From positions 184,965,040 through 185,009,184 of the forward strand of contig NC_068982.1 in NCBI RefSeq assembly GCF_001194135.2: a DNA stretch of 44,145 bases. The letters run 5' to 3'. The notes under the pieces were generated by a model. The model was not told where the DNA came from, made no database searches, and saw only the letters and a program-made list of their open reading frames with translations. The translations under genes were made by a program, and so were the position numbers. The stretch comes from Octopus bimaculoides. Its lineage: Eukaryota. The first letter of the stretch is position 1. The number at the start of each line of letters is the position of its first letter. Shown piece after piece: positions 22,874 through 34,606 of the stretch.

Positions 22874-22906
<33 letters not shown>

Positions 22907-23265
22907 CTCTGCGTGTGTGTATGTGTGTGTGTGTGTGTGTGTGTGTACGTGGGTACGGGCATGCCGATATTCATAAATAATCGCATAAACATATACATCG
23001 AGGGTCTTTTTTTTTTATATATTTATTTGTATGTGTGGGCATACATTAATAAATAACTTTAAACACATAAACCCACCCCCATATACATACTAAATGCATT
23101 GAATCATATATATATATACATATGCTAATATACTCACATACGCATCATTCACACACACACACGCACACATACACATATACTTATGCTAACATACTCCCAT
23201 CAAACATACATATACATATATCAGTATGCACATATTTATACAAAACTACATACACAAACTCACAC

Positions 23266-23298
<33 letters not shown>

Positions 23299-23799
23299 TG
23301 TATGTATGTATGTATGTATGTATGTATGTATGCATATATATATATGTTTGCGTGTATGAACATTCACTTTCTCACATAACTAAAATACAAATATTTATTT
23401 ATCCATCAAACTACTGCGACAAACAAAATCAATTCTTTGACATTTTTTTGATCAGTAAGTTACTGAATGTGTATATCAGTCAGCGATCAGATGTATATAA
23501 CACAAAGTGATAAGATGTGTATAACAGTGTGTGATCAGATATTTGTATAATCAGTGAGTGATCTAATATGTGTATGTATCACGTATTCATCAGATACGTG
23601 TAACCGTGAGTAATCACACACCCACACATACACGCGCACGCACACGCACACATACACACACAGACATATAGTACGTATACATATTTATACATATATACAT
23701 TTTATACGTATGTGTGCTCTCGCTCACATAGAAATATATGTACACACACTTATAGATGAAGAAATATGGTCAAAGTGTGTTTTATCAAATGTATGAGTA

Positions 23800-23888
23800 A
23801 CACATGCACACACACACACACACACTCATACACACACACACTCATACACACACACATACACATACACAAACACAAACACACACACACG

Positions 23889-23931
<43 letters not shown>

Positions 23932-23960
23932 ACACACACACACACACACANNNNNNNNNN

Positions 23961-24025
<65 letters not shown>
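23800..24025. repeat. (CA)n microsatellite; (TATG)n at about 23270-23335
   Basis: Directly visible. Confidence 0.95.
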
Positions 24026-24027
<2 letters not shown>

Positions 24028-24065
24028 GGACCTCAAAGAAAGACGCTGAAAAATGCTAATACGAC

Positions 24066-24198
24066 TTCAAAGGTGCGGTATTAGGTCCATCAATTTTTCT
24101 TTACAATCACCAACTCTCATATGTCACCCGTCAACACTTTGGTCTCAAAAGGTTCGGTATTTGACCAGTTTCTATTCTCAGTGTTTATTGATGACATG
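24066..24198 (+). pseudogene. Possible relic(s) of a LINE RT QGSVLGP motif
   Basis: FKGAVLGPSIFLY (24066) and VSKGSVFDQFLFSVFIDDM (24142), both resembling PQGSVLGPLLF.I(F/Y)INDL. Very short and degenerate. Confidence 0.3.
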
Positions 24199-24390
24199 GT
24201 TGACGCATATTAAAATAACTGGTATTTTTACAACGACGGCTCCACATTGTTTTTACCAATAAGATCAGTAAGAGGAAAGAGATACAGTAACGACTAGCTT
24301 AAACAAAGGCTCTAACAGGATAAAACCAACGAAGAAAACTGAGATGTAATACAGAGTACGGCAGATTTCAAAGCTTAATAAAAACATGTC

Positions 24391-24589
24391 CTCTGTGACA
24401 TGTTTCCGGGTCATCTTGTTTCTCTGCGAGGTGATCTTGGATGGCCCCCATATTCCCCGGATTTAACCCCGTGTGGTTTTTTTCTATGGGGGCACCTCAG
24501 ATCATGAGCGTATCAACATCAACCAGCAACTTTGTCGTGTTTGTTTTTTACTAACCTTTGAAATCGGGCAACCTTTCTGCCACACCCTG
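24391..24589 (+). mobile_element. Tc1/mariner-superfamily relic: transposase C-terminal motif plus right TIR
   Basis: LCDMFPGHLVSLRGDLGWPPYSPDLTPCGFFLWGHLRS* (WPP.SPDLTPCDFFLWG with the third catalytic D changed to G). The end ...ctttctgccacaccctg is the reverse complement of a CAGGGTG-type TIR. Confidence 0.8.
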
Positions 24590-24884
24590 AATTTGAGCCA
24601 TTAAAGAATAAAGCAAGGGTTTTATAAATAAATATGTGTGTGTGTGAGAGAGAGAGGGGGGAGAAATATAAGTTCAAGGAGAACAATTCAAATTTTTTCA
24701 GGAGTCCAAAAAGAGAGAAAATAATTTCTAATAAAAATTCATTATATTCAGCAATATCCTGCTAGAGCAAGCAATAAGAATATGAAAATAACAATTGAAA
24801 AAGTTCGTTAGGTATAAAGATACCATAAACAATTATAAACATGGAGAAAAGGTTAAAAAATCAAAATTAGATTTAATAAGTACA

Positions 24885-24975
24885 TACGAACGTTTCAAAG
24901 GGCAATATGTAAGAAACAATTATAATAATAATAATTATAATTAAAGTTATGTATTGTCATTCTCGTCAGTGCGAA
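24885..24975 (-). ncRNA. Hammerhead-like motif with canonical core, long AU-rich helix II and weak helix I
   Basis: Minus strand: CUGACGA, ~66-nt imperfect hairpin, GAAAC GUU. Confidence 0.4.
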
Positions 24976-25344
24976 GAATTTAAGGAAAAGAACATCGAAA
25001 AAAGTTATTACTAAAAATGAAGAAGGAAAAACAAACGGAGTGATAGGGAAAATTTAACCGGATATTTACAAATAAGTTGTAAAAGGGGAAAATTAAGAGA
25101 AACGAAAAAGAGGGACATGTCAATGTGTATGCAAGTTTATTTAAATATATATTGACAGAGCTGATGCAGTGAAAAAAATCACTATCAACATCCACAACAC
25201 AAAAGGTACATTACAGCACTAACGGTGCAGTAAAGGATAAACATAAGTCAGAGCCCGTCAAAACTCAGAGCACTGCTGTTGCTCCGGGATGATATAAGCG
25301 ACAACACATCCATGCAAGCACACTACCCACTGATATATAATATT

Positions 25345-25531
25345 CTTTTCTAATCTAGGCACAAGGCCCGAAATTTTAGCGGGGAGTCGATTAGATCGAC
25401 CGTAGTATGCAACTGGTACTTAATTTATCAACCCCGAAAGGATGAAAGACAAAGTCGACCTCGGCAGAACATAAAGACAGACGAAGAAATACCGCTAAGC
25501 ATTTCGCCCGGCGTGCCAGCTCACTGCCTTA
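25345..25531 (-). mobile_element. SINE family B
   Basis: ggcacaaggcccgaaatttt...ccccgaaaggatgaaagacaaagtcgacctcggc...ataccgctaagcatttcgcccggcgtgccagctc. Confidence 0.85.
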
Positions 25532-26308
25532 CTCATATATGATATTGAATGCCCACTGGTACATCTGATCGCTAATTCGTACTTACGTTTGATCATCTAC
25601 TGATACATGTCTGACCTGGCTGTCAATACTCAATAGTTAACCAGGCTGTGTGATGTGCAGTTACATGATTCTTCTCATATAGGTATTGCAAATTCTATCT
25701 TCTATTAGTTAAGACATATGTTATAAAGGCTCTATTAGTTCCTTATAACATTACTTCGTGACTTTGGTTTGAAATCCAATCGGGCCTGGTGGCTCTGTTA
25801 CGTTTGAGTTCTTGCATTATCATCACGCCTCTTTTGAATTAAAAATCATCATTAGTAGCTTTATATCAGATCACCTCATAGATGCTGGTTGGTCGTCAGG
25901 GTTTAATACACGGCACTTGCAAAACCATAACAGAATACATCAGCGTTGCCTTTTGCTCTTCTGTATGTGCGTGTTTATGCAGTTGCTTTATGGTAGATGA
26001 CCGGGATATAGGAGCAGCTTATCCTTCCATAGAGAGACAAAGGGAGTATGTAAGTATGTATAAGAGAGTATGAGGGAAACATTGCGTGTGCTATGTAGAG
26101 TGAGTGAGATGCCGCGTGCAAACGGTGAACAGTTGTGGGAAAATCATTATTTTCGAAGCATCCTAACGACTTCAGTTTTAAATTACAATGTGATTCTGAT
26201 CTTATATGCAGCATATACTCATATGTACGCATATAGAGTCCTTAAGCCTTACCGGATGTTCCGTTTTGGAGAATTCCAAGCCCCAAAAGCGGATGAAAAC
26301 GAGTAAGC

Positions 26309-26425
26309 TATATTGATGTTATTGACAGATATACAATATGAAATGAAGGACTTACCAAAGTTAATAGAAAACAGAGATTCCTGGCGCAGCATGATAAAAC
26401 GCATATTGGTTGCGACCGCTTCGAG
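26309..26425 (+). pseudogene. RTE-like LINE 3'-terminal coding relic
   Basis: YIDVIDR / EMKDLPKLIENRDSWRSMIK resembles the recalled RTE C-terminal pattern YID.L..D....DL...M.DRD.WR; frameshifted. Confidence 0.45.
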
Positions 26426-27925
26426 AGGACTTATCAGAGAAAGCTTTTCAACAAAAGTTAACCTATTTTCACTCTTACTTCCTTGAAAATATGTTTACTT
26501 GTATATTTTCAAGAAGTAAACCCTCAACTTTGTTTCGAATCCTCATAAGTCGTCTTTACTAGTCAAAAGCTACAATTTCAACAACTTTTTTTTCCCCATA
26601 ATCTATTAGACTGCACTACCGAAGAACTTCTATTAAATCTTTAACTGAAAGTTATTAACCAACACCAAATGATGTGTTAGAAGACAAGTACAAAACGGAA
26701 AACTTATTTAAACTTTTAGAAATAAACCCCACCCCCACCCCTTGCTCAGGGATGGATTTCAATATCTGCACAACCAATTTATGTAAAAAAAAGAAAAAAT
26801 TTCACCCAGTCGCAATTAGTTTTGATTACACGAATCACAGGATGCATGAAACATGAATCCCGATATTTGGTCTCCTACCCCACAAAGAAATTCTCATTAA
26901 AGTAATTAAAAGAAACAAATAGAGAACTTGCTTCCATAACCTTGTGTAGCCATGGTTTCATTTTAATACTTTTACTCACAAGACAAAATCATTTCCATTA
27001 CCACCAACCTCCAGAAACGTTTGCCAACACTTGACCTACAGTGTGTTTAGGTTGTACTTGGCAGGTAACTATATGTTCTGAAGTGAAGTAACTCTACCTG
27101 CTTATACGATTATTCTTACGCTACTTCACAGTTTTATAATATACTTTTAGTTTCCAGAGGATTTTTCTTGATATTTTCTTATTTATCTTGTTGTATTGCA
27201 AATTCTTTATTTAAAAAAATTATAAATGGTCCTGTAGTGACTGTTTCATTACTTCTGTTTCAGGTGCCATTTACCGTTATTGATACATGGCATTTCTCAG
27301 CGATTCTGGTGTTGTGCTTGACATACTTTTCTCGAAAATACTCAATTTTGTTGGAATATTATCGATTCCTCTTCTTCTGAGTTTACAGATATATTAGAAA
27401 CACTGAACTTGAGTTGATTCTGTCCCTGGATTTGAAGGAATGTATATGCTGTCTATACTGGGTTTTGAAGGTATTCTATGTTAACCCTCTGTATGCTATT
27501 TTAATACCACCTGCTGTTGTCACAGAAACTTTATACAAGTATATGTACTTATATGTACAAGTAAAAGTACACTGTTACATGCATGTACACATACATACAT
27601 GCTACACATCTTGTCATAAAACAATAACCTATTTATGGATTGACCTTATGTGTGTATAACTGTGTTTCTGTGTCTAAGTTCGTGTATATGTGTCGAATAT
27701 ACGCTCTTACAGACACGCTGACACACATTGGTACCTGAAGAAAATGTCTTTTTATAGTGCTACTGAAGAGTCTTATAAGAAGTTCAAACGGAAGAGGGAG
27801 GAACCAAAGCATGGAAGAAACCCTTATAGTCTGTCTTTTATTGTTATTTTACTTCCCTATCTTCTTTGATTTTATTCGCTTACTTGACAAAGATATTCAA
27901 TTGACAAATTCTTCAAAAGAATCTG

Positions 27926-28770
27926 AAATCAGCATCAACACCACCACTTCCACCATCATCAACACCACCACTTCTACCATCATCAACACCACCACTTCCA
28001 CCATCATCAACACCACCACTATAAGCTCTCAGCTTCCACCACCATCACCACCACCACAACCACCCCTGCTACCACATCAGTCTGTCACTAACGCCACTGC
28101 CACCACCACCATCACCACCACCACCACCACCACCACTATTACTACCACCACTTCTACCACTACTACCTCTATTTCTTCCGCCACCAATACCAAAACAAAC
28201 ACAGCTACGACTACAACCACTGCCACAACTATCATCATTCTACTACCAACTCAACCATTAATACAATCATTACCACCACCATATTTCCGTCATACCATCT
28301 ATTACCACTACCACCAGTGTCACTACCATGTGCCATACTGCTGCACCCCTCAGCTACAAACACCATCACCCCCTCTCAACCACTATCACTACTATTGCCA
28401 CTACCATTTCTACCACTACTGCTGCCACTCCCACCACTAACACCACCAACACAACCACTGCTTCACTATCGCCACCACCACCACTACTACAACCATCATT
28501 GCCTACAACACCACTACTATCACGACCACTACCACCAACACCACCACTAACACCAACACCACCACTAACACCAACACCACCACTAACACCAACACCACCA
28601 CTAACACCAACATCACCACTAACACCACACTATCACCTCCGCTACCACTAACCCCGCTACCACTAACCCCGCTACCACCACCATTATCGCCGTTACTATC
28701 CCCTCCACCACAACCACCACCACCACAACTACCATCATTTTCATCACCACTGCTATTACTGCTACACTAG
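27926..28770. repeat. ACC/ACT low-complexity tract with a 24-bp minisatellite (~3.6 copies, 27934-28020) and an 18-bp minisatellite (5 copies, 28534-28623)
   Basis: Units atcaacaccaccacttccaccatc and accaacaccaccactaac read directly. Confidence 0.9.
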
Positions 28771-29122
28771 ATATTTCATGTCCGCCTTTATGTAGCTGCA
28801 TATCACTGCACATCGTTGCACTCTGATGCTGTTCATTACATCCATCCTACACCATTTTCATTAATAACAAAACTTCGTAGATTTCCATTCCCAGCTATGT
28901 ATATTGCCGCAAACTAAAATTTTATGTAGAACATGCAGAGCATTTTTCATCTTATAATTCCTTTGTTTGGTGTTGGAGTTGGTTCGTTTTCCATTGATTG
29001 GCACCGTATTGGGGTCACAGAGAGTGGGGTGGCTAGTGGAGATAGTGGGAGATGGTGAGGAATAGAAAGAAATGGTATGAGAAGTAGAAAAACAATAAGG
29101 ATACGCACGCACACACACACAG

Positions 29123-29424
29123 AGGCGTAGGCGTCGTTGTGTGGTTGAGAAGCTTGTTTCCCAACCGTGGGGTCTTGGGTTCAGTCTCACAGCGCGGCAA
29201 CTTAGACAAATATATTCTACTATAGCTCCAGGCTGTCGAATGCCTAGTGAGTGAATTTGGTAGACGGAAACTATCTGGAAGCCCGTCGTATACGTGAATG
29301 TGAAAGGGCAAGTATCCCTACCGGTTTAAAAGAAAGTACTGCAGTCGATTGATTTGTTCGATTAAACCCTTCAATATGGTGCCCCAGCATGGCCACAGCT
29401 CAATAACCGAAACAAATAAAAGAT
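29123..29424 (+). mobile_element. SINE family A-related element with head, CORE-like part and shortened 3' module; no microsatellite spacer
   Basis: gggttcagtctcacagcgcggcaacttagacaaatatattctactatagc...gaagcccgtcgtatacg...gtcgattgatttgttcgattaaa...ccccagcatggccacag. Confidence 0.75.
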
Positions 29425-29431
29425 GTGTTTG

Positions 29432-29462
<31 letters not shown>

Positions 29463-29487
29463 GTACGTATATATGTATATATATAGC

Positions 29488-29670
29488 AAATAAATAAATA
29501 ACAAACGATGGATAAATATCAGTTCATTACAGCTGTTTCTAACGCATTTTTAAATAGATGATGAAAACGGTTTTTTGCAATGATGTAATGTACTCATTCG
29601 TCTATTAAAAATGCGTTAGAAACAGCTGTAATGAACTGTCATTTATCCACCGTTTGTTATTTATTTATTT
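29488..29670. repeat. Long inverted repeat (foldback): ~77-bp arms, ~29-nt spacer
   Basis: aaataaataaataacaaacg...cagttcattacagctgtttctaacgcatttt versus aaaaatgcgttagaaacagctgtaatgaactg...cgtttgttatttatttattt. Confidence 0.9.
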
Positions 29671-30499
29671 ACTCATAATGCACCAAAAGGGATTCCCGGC
29701 CCATCGGACATCCTGGAATATACCAAATACCGTGCGACCAATACAACGTACGCTTTGGATTAGCCCTTAGGCATTAATTATTCCTAAGGGTTAAATTCTC
29801 TGTATATATAACCTGAATATTTCAGTGGATGTACTTAAGTACTTAATATATTTATTGGACTAAAGATGGTGTTAACAAGTTAATTCGACCCAACCTGGTA
29901 CCTATCATTTAAGTACCGATTCTCTCCCGAATCCTTAAGATTGAAAGTATATATATATATATATNNNNNNNNNNNNNNNNNNNNNNNNNNNNNNNNNNNN
30001 NNNNNNNNNNNNNNNNNNNNNNNNNNNNNNNNNNNNNNNNNNNNNNNNNNNNNNNNNNNNNNNNNNNNNNNNNNNNNNNNNNNNNNNNNNNNNNNNNNNN
30101 NNNNNNNNNNNNNNNNNNNNNNNNNNNNNNNNNNNNNNNNNNNNNNNNNNNNNNNNNNNNNNNNNNNNNNNNNNNNNNNNNNNNNNNNNNNNNNNNNNNN
30201 NNNNNNNNNNNNNNNNNNNNNNNNNNNNNNNNNNNNNNNNNNNNNNNNNNNNNNNNNNNNNNNNNNNNNNNNNNNNNNNNNNNNNNNNNNNNNNNNNNNN
30301 NNNNNNNNNNNNNNNNNNNNNNNNNNNNNNNNNNNNNNNNNNNNNNNNNNNNNNNNNNNNNNNNNNNNNNNNNNNNNNNNNNNNNNNNNNNNNNNNNNNN
30401 NNNNNNNNNNNNNNNNNNNNNNNNNNNNNNNNNNNNNNNNNNNNNNNNNNNNNNNNNNNNNNNNNNNNNNNNNNNNNNNNNNNNNNNNNNNNNNNNNNN

Positions 30500-30870
30500 C
30501 CTCAAAGACGCACCTCGTTCTGGCCGTCCAGTTGAGTTCGATGAAGAGCGATTAAACCAACTTTTGCCCGAAAATTCTCATCAAACGACAAGGGCACTGG
30601 CAGAGAAAATGGAATGCTCCCACACTGTTATAGAGAAGCATCTTCACTCGATGGAAAGGGTTCAGAAGTATGGAGCATGGGTTCCGCATGATTTAAGTGA
30701 CAACAACAAAAATCAACGAACCACAATCTCCGCTGGTTTGCTTGCTCGTCACCGCTCAACTCATGGACACAAGCAACGATTTCTTTACCGAATCGTTACT
30801 GGAAACGAAAAATGGTGCCTGTACATCAATATGAAGCAGCGCAAGGAATGGCTTAGCCACGGTAAAGAAG
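30500..30870 (+). pseudogene. Mariner transposase fragment (HTH, linker, start of catalytic domain)
   Basis: LKDAPRSGRPVEFDEE...GAWVPHDLS...FLYRIVTGNEKWCLY: WVPH(D/E)L linker and TGDEKW with the first catalytic D changed to N. 5' part in the gap, 3' part truncated. Confidence 0.92.
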
Positions 30871-30943
30871 TGAAGTTCCTCCGATTAACTCTCTATTTCG
30901 AATCTTATCTAAATTAACTATTGCTTAACCATCATCTCACACC

Positions 30944-30991
30944 GTCTCCAATGAAGGGATATAATAAATATCCTGGAAACAGCTGTAAGAC
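30944..30991 (+). ncRNA. Minimal hammerhead-like motif with mutated core (CCAAUGA)
   Basis: GUCU CCAAUGA A GGGAUAU-AAUAA-AUAUCCU G GAAAC-AGCU-GUA^ AGAC. Helices I and II pair fully (one G-U). Confidence 0.5.
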
Positions 30992-31578
30992 CTATTTATG
31001 AACGTTCTAAGATCTACACAGCCTTGGTTTTTTTTTATCTCATTACGAAAAGTAAATCTTTATATATATAGAGAGAGAGAGCGTCTCATAAAGTTTAAAA
31101 TGTACACCCGGATAGGGTGCCAGTCTATCTCAGGCAACATCGGCCAAAGGAGGAAGTCTGGAGTACCTATTGATTGGACAATCTAATCTCCCTCAAAATG
31201 AGTAGAATCGATACAATCGACCGAAATCAAATTAAAGGGTAGCAGGATATGAACTCTATAAAGTTGTTGTTGTTACTGTTGTTGTTGCTGTCGTCGTCGT
31301 CGTCGTCAATGTTGAAAAATTGATCAGGCCAATAACTGATAGAAGGCGTCCCAGATGTGAAGAACCCTTTTTTTCTTTCCTTCTATTTTTTTTAATGTTT
31401 TAGTGATATCTTGGAATATTTTATCACATGTATCCATGTCTTTTTTAAGTCAGTAGAGTATGATTTAAGATTGATTTGGCTGCTATTTCTAGCATATCCG
31501 CTCACTCTATCATACTCTCGTATGATTACCTGGAAGGCATTTAAAAACGTTCGCATTCCGTTAAAGAAAAAAAATTCT

Positions 31579-31622
31579 TAAATTAGTATTAAATTAGTAT
31601 TAAATTAGTATTAAATTAGTGT
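31579..31622. repeat. 11-bp tandem repeat, 4 copies (taaattagtat)
   Basis: Directly visible. Confidence 0.9.
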
Positions 31623-31697
31623 TAAACTATTGAATGCAGCGAGTAATATATAGCACAGAAGGAATGATTATCTGTTGAGGAAAAGAAACCATCAATT

Positions 31698-31736
<39 letters not shown>

Positions 31737-32593
31737 NNNNNNNNNNNNNNNNNNNNNNNNNNNNNNNNNNNNNNNNNNNNNNNNNNNNNNNNNNNNNNNN
31801 NNNNNNNNNNNNNNNNNNNNNNNNNNNNNNNNNNNNNNNNNNNNNNNNNNNNNNNNNNNNNNNNNNNNNNNNNNNNNNNNNNNNNNNNNNNNNNNNNNNN
31901 NNNNNNNNNNNNNNNNNNNNNNNNNNNNNNNNNNNNNNNNNNNNNNNNNNNNNNNNNNNNNNNNNNNNNNNNNNNNNNNNNNNNNNNNNNNNNNNNNNNN
32001 NNNNNNNNNNNNNNNNNNNNNNNNNNNNNNNNNNNNNNNNNNNNNNNNNNNNNNNNNNNNNNNNNNNNNNNNNNNNNNNNNNNNNNNNNNNNNNNNNNNN
32101 NNNNNNNNNNNNNNNNNNNNNNNNNNNNNNNNNNNNNNNNNNNNNNNNNNNNTACATAGATATGCATGCGCGTATGTGTGTGTGTGTGTGTGTGTGTGTT
32201 TGGGTGGGTGGGTTTTGGGTGCGTGTGTGTGCGCGCACGGAGCGAGAAAGAGAAAGAAAGAGAGAATGAGAGATTATATCAAGATAAAAAGAAACGGATA
32301 ATGATAGAGATAGTATATGAACGTGAGAAAGACCGAAATGTAGAGAAAGGGAGAGATAAGGAGGGAGAGAACGAGAAGGTGAGGGAGGTAGGGAAGGAGG
32401 GATGGTGGGAGGCTAAGAATTGATGTATCGATCTGTTGGTAACATAGTATAATCTTGTCAGAGAAGAAGAAAGCAATGGAATTAGGCGAGTGGACCATTG
32501 TTCTACAGGACACAACACAAGATTCCTGTAATATTAGAATGAAATCGAAAACTAGAAAGCACAAATCTTCGTGTTTCAATGCCGAAAATTCTT

Positions 32594-32670
<77 letters not shown>

Positions 32671-32761
32671 TGTGTGTTTGTGTGTGTCTATGTGTGTCTG
32701 TGAGCGCGCGCATAAAAGACAGAGAAATGAGTGTGTATGTATATGTATACGCACACATTTC

Positions 32762-32808
<47 letters not shown>

Positions 32809-33456
32809 CACGCACACACACACATATATATATAAATGTATTTATGTGTATATATCTGTTTATGCATATATATNNNNNNNNNNNNNNNNNNNNNNNNNNN
32901 NNNNNNNNNNNNNNNNNNNNNNNNNNNNNNNNNNNNNNNNNNNNNNNNNNNNNNNNNNNNNNNNNNNNNNNNNNNNNNNNNNNNNNNNNNNNNNNNNNNN
33001 NNNNNNNNNNNNNNNNNNNNNNNNNNNNNNNNNNNNNNNNNNNNNNNNNNNNNNNNNNNNNNNNNNNNNNNNNNNNNNNNNNNNNNNNNNNNNNNNNNNN
33101 NNNNNNNNNNNNNNNNNNNNNNNNNNNNNNNNNNNNNNNNNNNNNNNNNNNNNNNNNNNNNNNNNNNNNNNNNNNNNNNNNNNNNNNNNNNNNNNNNNNN
33201 NNNNNNNNNNNNNNNNNNNNNNNNNNNNNNNNNNNNNNNNNNNNNNNNNNNNNNNNNNNNNNNNNNNNNNNNNNNNNNNNNNNNNNNNNNNNNNNNNNNN
33301 NNNNNNNNNNNNNNNNNNNNNNNNNNNNNNNNNNNNNNNNNNNNNNNNNNNNNNNNNNNNNNNNNNNNNNNNNNNNNNNNNNNNNNNNNNNNNNNNNNNN
33401 NNNNNNNNNNNNNNNNNNNNNNNNNNNNNNNNNNNNNNNNNNNNNNNNNNNNNNNN

Positions 33457-33498
<42 letters not shown>

Positions 33499-33927
33499 AT
33501 ATGAGTCTCTGCCTCAGCGTTTATGTGCATATTTGTGTATGTGTGTGCATCTAAACGGGTCTTGATAATGTCTTTAGTTAGATGGAACCTCTCTACATCA
33601 GCCAGAACATCAGAGCAGGATGTTGCCAATGATGCTACAACTATACAAATATAATGAGTTCTCGAGCAGACAGCAAGAAAGCCTCCACATTGTCGATTGA
33701 TCAACTAAAATTAATAGTCAGCTTTCATTCGAATCACACCTTGCTGTCTTTTTTCTTTTTAACGGGAAGCACGCACTGTATACTGCCCTCGATACGCTCT
33801 GCCTGAACAAAAGGCAAGTTTGACTATGGCTAAAACACCTTTTAATCATCGATTTTCTAGATTAAGGCCGGCCTAAAATTCATATAACACTGTTTAACAA
33901 TAAGTTAGGTATTTGAACCACTTAACA

Positions 33928-34256
33928 CAGTGGTTTTCAACTATTTTTTATCTATGGAGTCCTTTGCTCCCTATTTTATTCTGGTGGACCCTCATAGCCA
34001 TTCGATGTTTAAAAACTAGTTTTATAGAAACATCTTTCAAAATTCCTATTTTACTTTCTACACATTCACTCTTGTAGGTTGAACTATGTAAAATGTTAGA
34101 GAAAGAAACCTAACTGTTTCTTGCAATACATACCAATACATACATCTAAAGCAAAATTTTTCAGGAGCCCTTAAAATACTATTGTGAATATCCAATTATT
34201 TATTTTGTTGTGTGGATTCCCAAATTTTTTATATGGACCCCGGTTAAGAACCACTG
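33928..34256. mobile_element. hAT (Charlie-like) MITE, 329 bp
   Basis: TIRs cagtggttttcaac / gttaagaaccactg; 8-bp flanks acttaaca (33920-27) and acataaca (34257-64) match 7/8, the TSD length expected for hAT. Confidence 0.85.
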
Positions 34257-34501
34257 ACATAACATATCAGGGATTAAAGGGATTATATATTATCTCGTAG
34301 GTCATCGAATGAATGAGGTGCTGGTGTTTGAGTTGGGGTTTGGCTGCGTATAATAAATACACAACACAACTCTCGTGAACAATTAACAGAATTTTATTCA
34401 TCGCACAAAATATATTCTGTGTTGGTCTTGAATTAAAAATGCAACAAAGTTGCTGGACGGATAATTCTGTAGCTATTACAAATAGTTGGTTAAGCAGGCT
34501 C

Positions 34502-34508
34502 TATAAAT
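34502..34508 (+). promoter_or_regulatory. TATA-box-like motif (TATAAAT) 44 bp upstream of a candidate ATG
   Basis: ctataaataagc; the motif alone is common in AT-rich DNA. Confidence 0.25.
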
Positions 34509-34545
34509 AAGCTGTCACAACAGGAGAAAATACCACGCTGGGTTC

Positions 34546-34606
34546 ATGACTGCAAAACTGCTGCCTCTGATGCTGTTGTTGCTGCTGCTGCTGTGTACTC
34601 GGTTCA
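34546..34606 (+). CDS. Speculative first coding exon encoding a signal-peptide-like segment
   Basis: MTAKLLPLMLLLLLLCTRF plus 1 nt, then a GTAAGG donor (phase 1); upstream TATA-like motif. Could be a chance CTG/TTG repeat. Confidence 0.3.

Noticed and set aside
24215-24250. Possible second catalytic motif (W.FQQDGAP.H-like) of the Tc1/mariner relic
   Set aside because: Needs frameshifts and lies about twice the expected distance from the WPP.SPD motif.
26525-26555. CUUAUGA...GAAAC motif on the minus strand
   Set aside because: Helix II is too short and helix I does not pair.
28534-28623. CRISPR-like array (also 31579..31622 and 8039..8281)
   Set aside because: Head-to-tail tandem repeats without unique spacers, no cas genes, eukaryotic context.
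27757-28651. Thr/Pro-rich mucin-like ORFs with a hydrophobic N-terminal stretch
   Set aside because: Derived from the ACC/ACT low-complexity tract, open in several frames, GTG start only; similar tracts occur elsewhere in the window.
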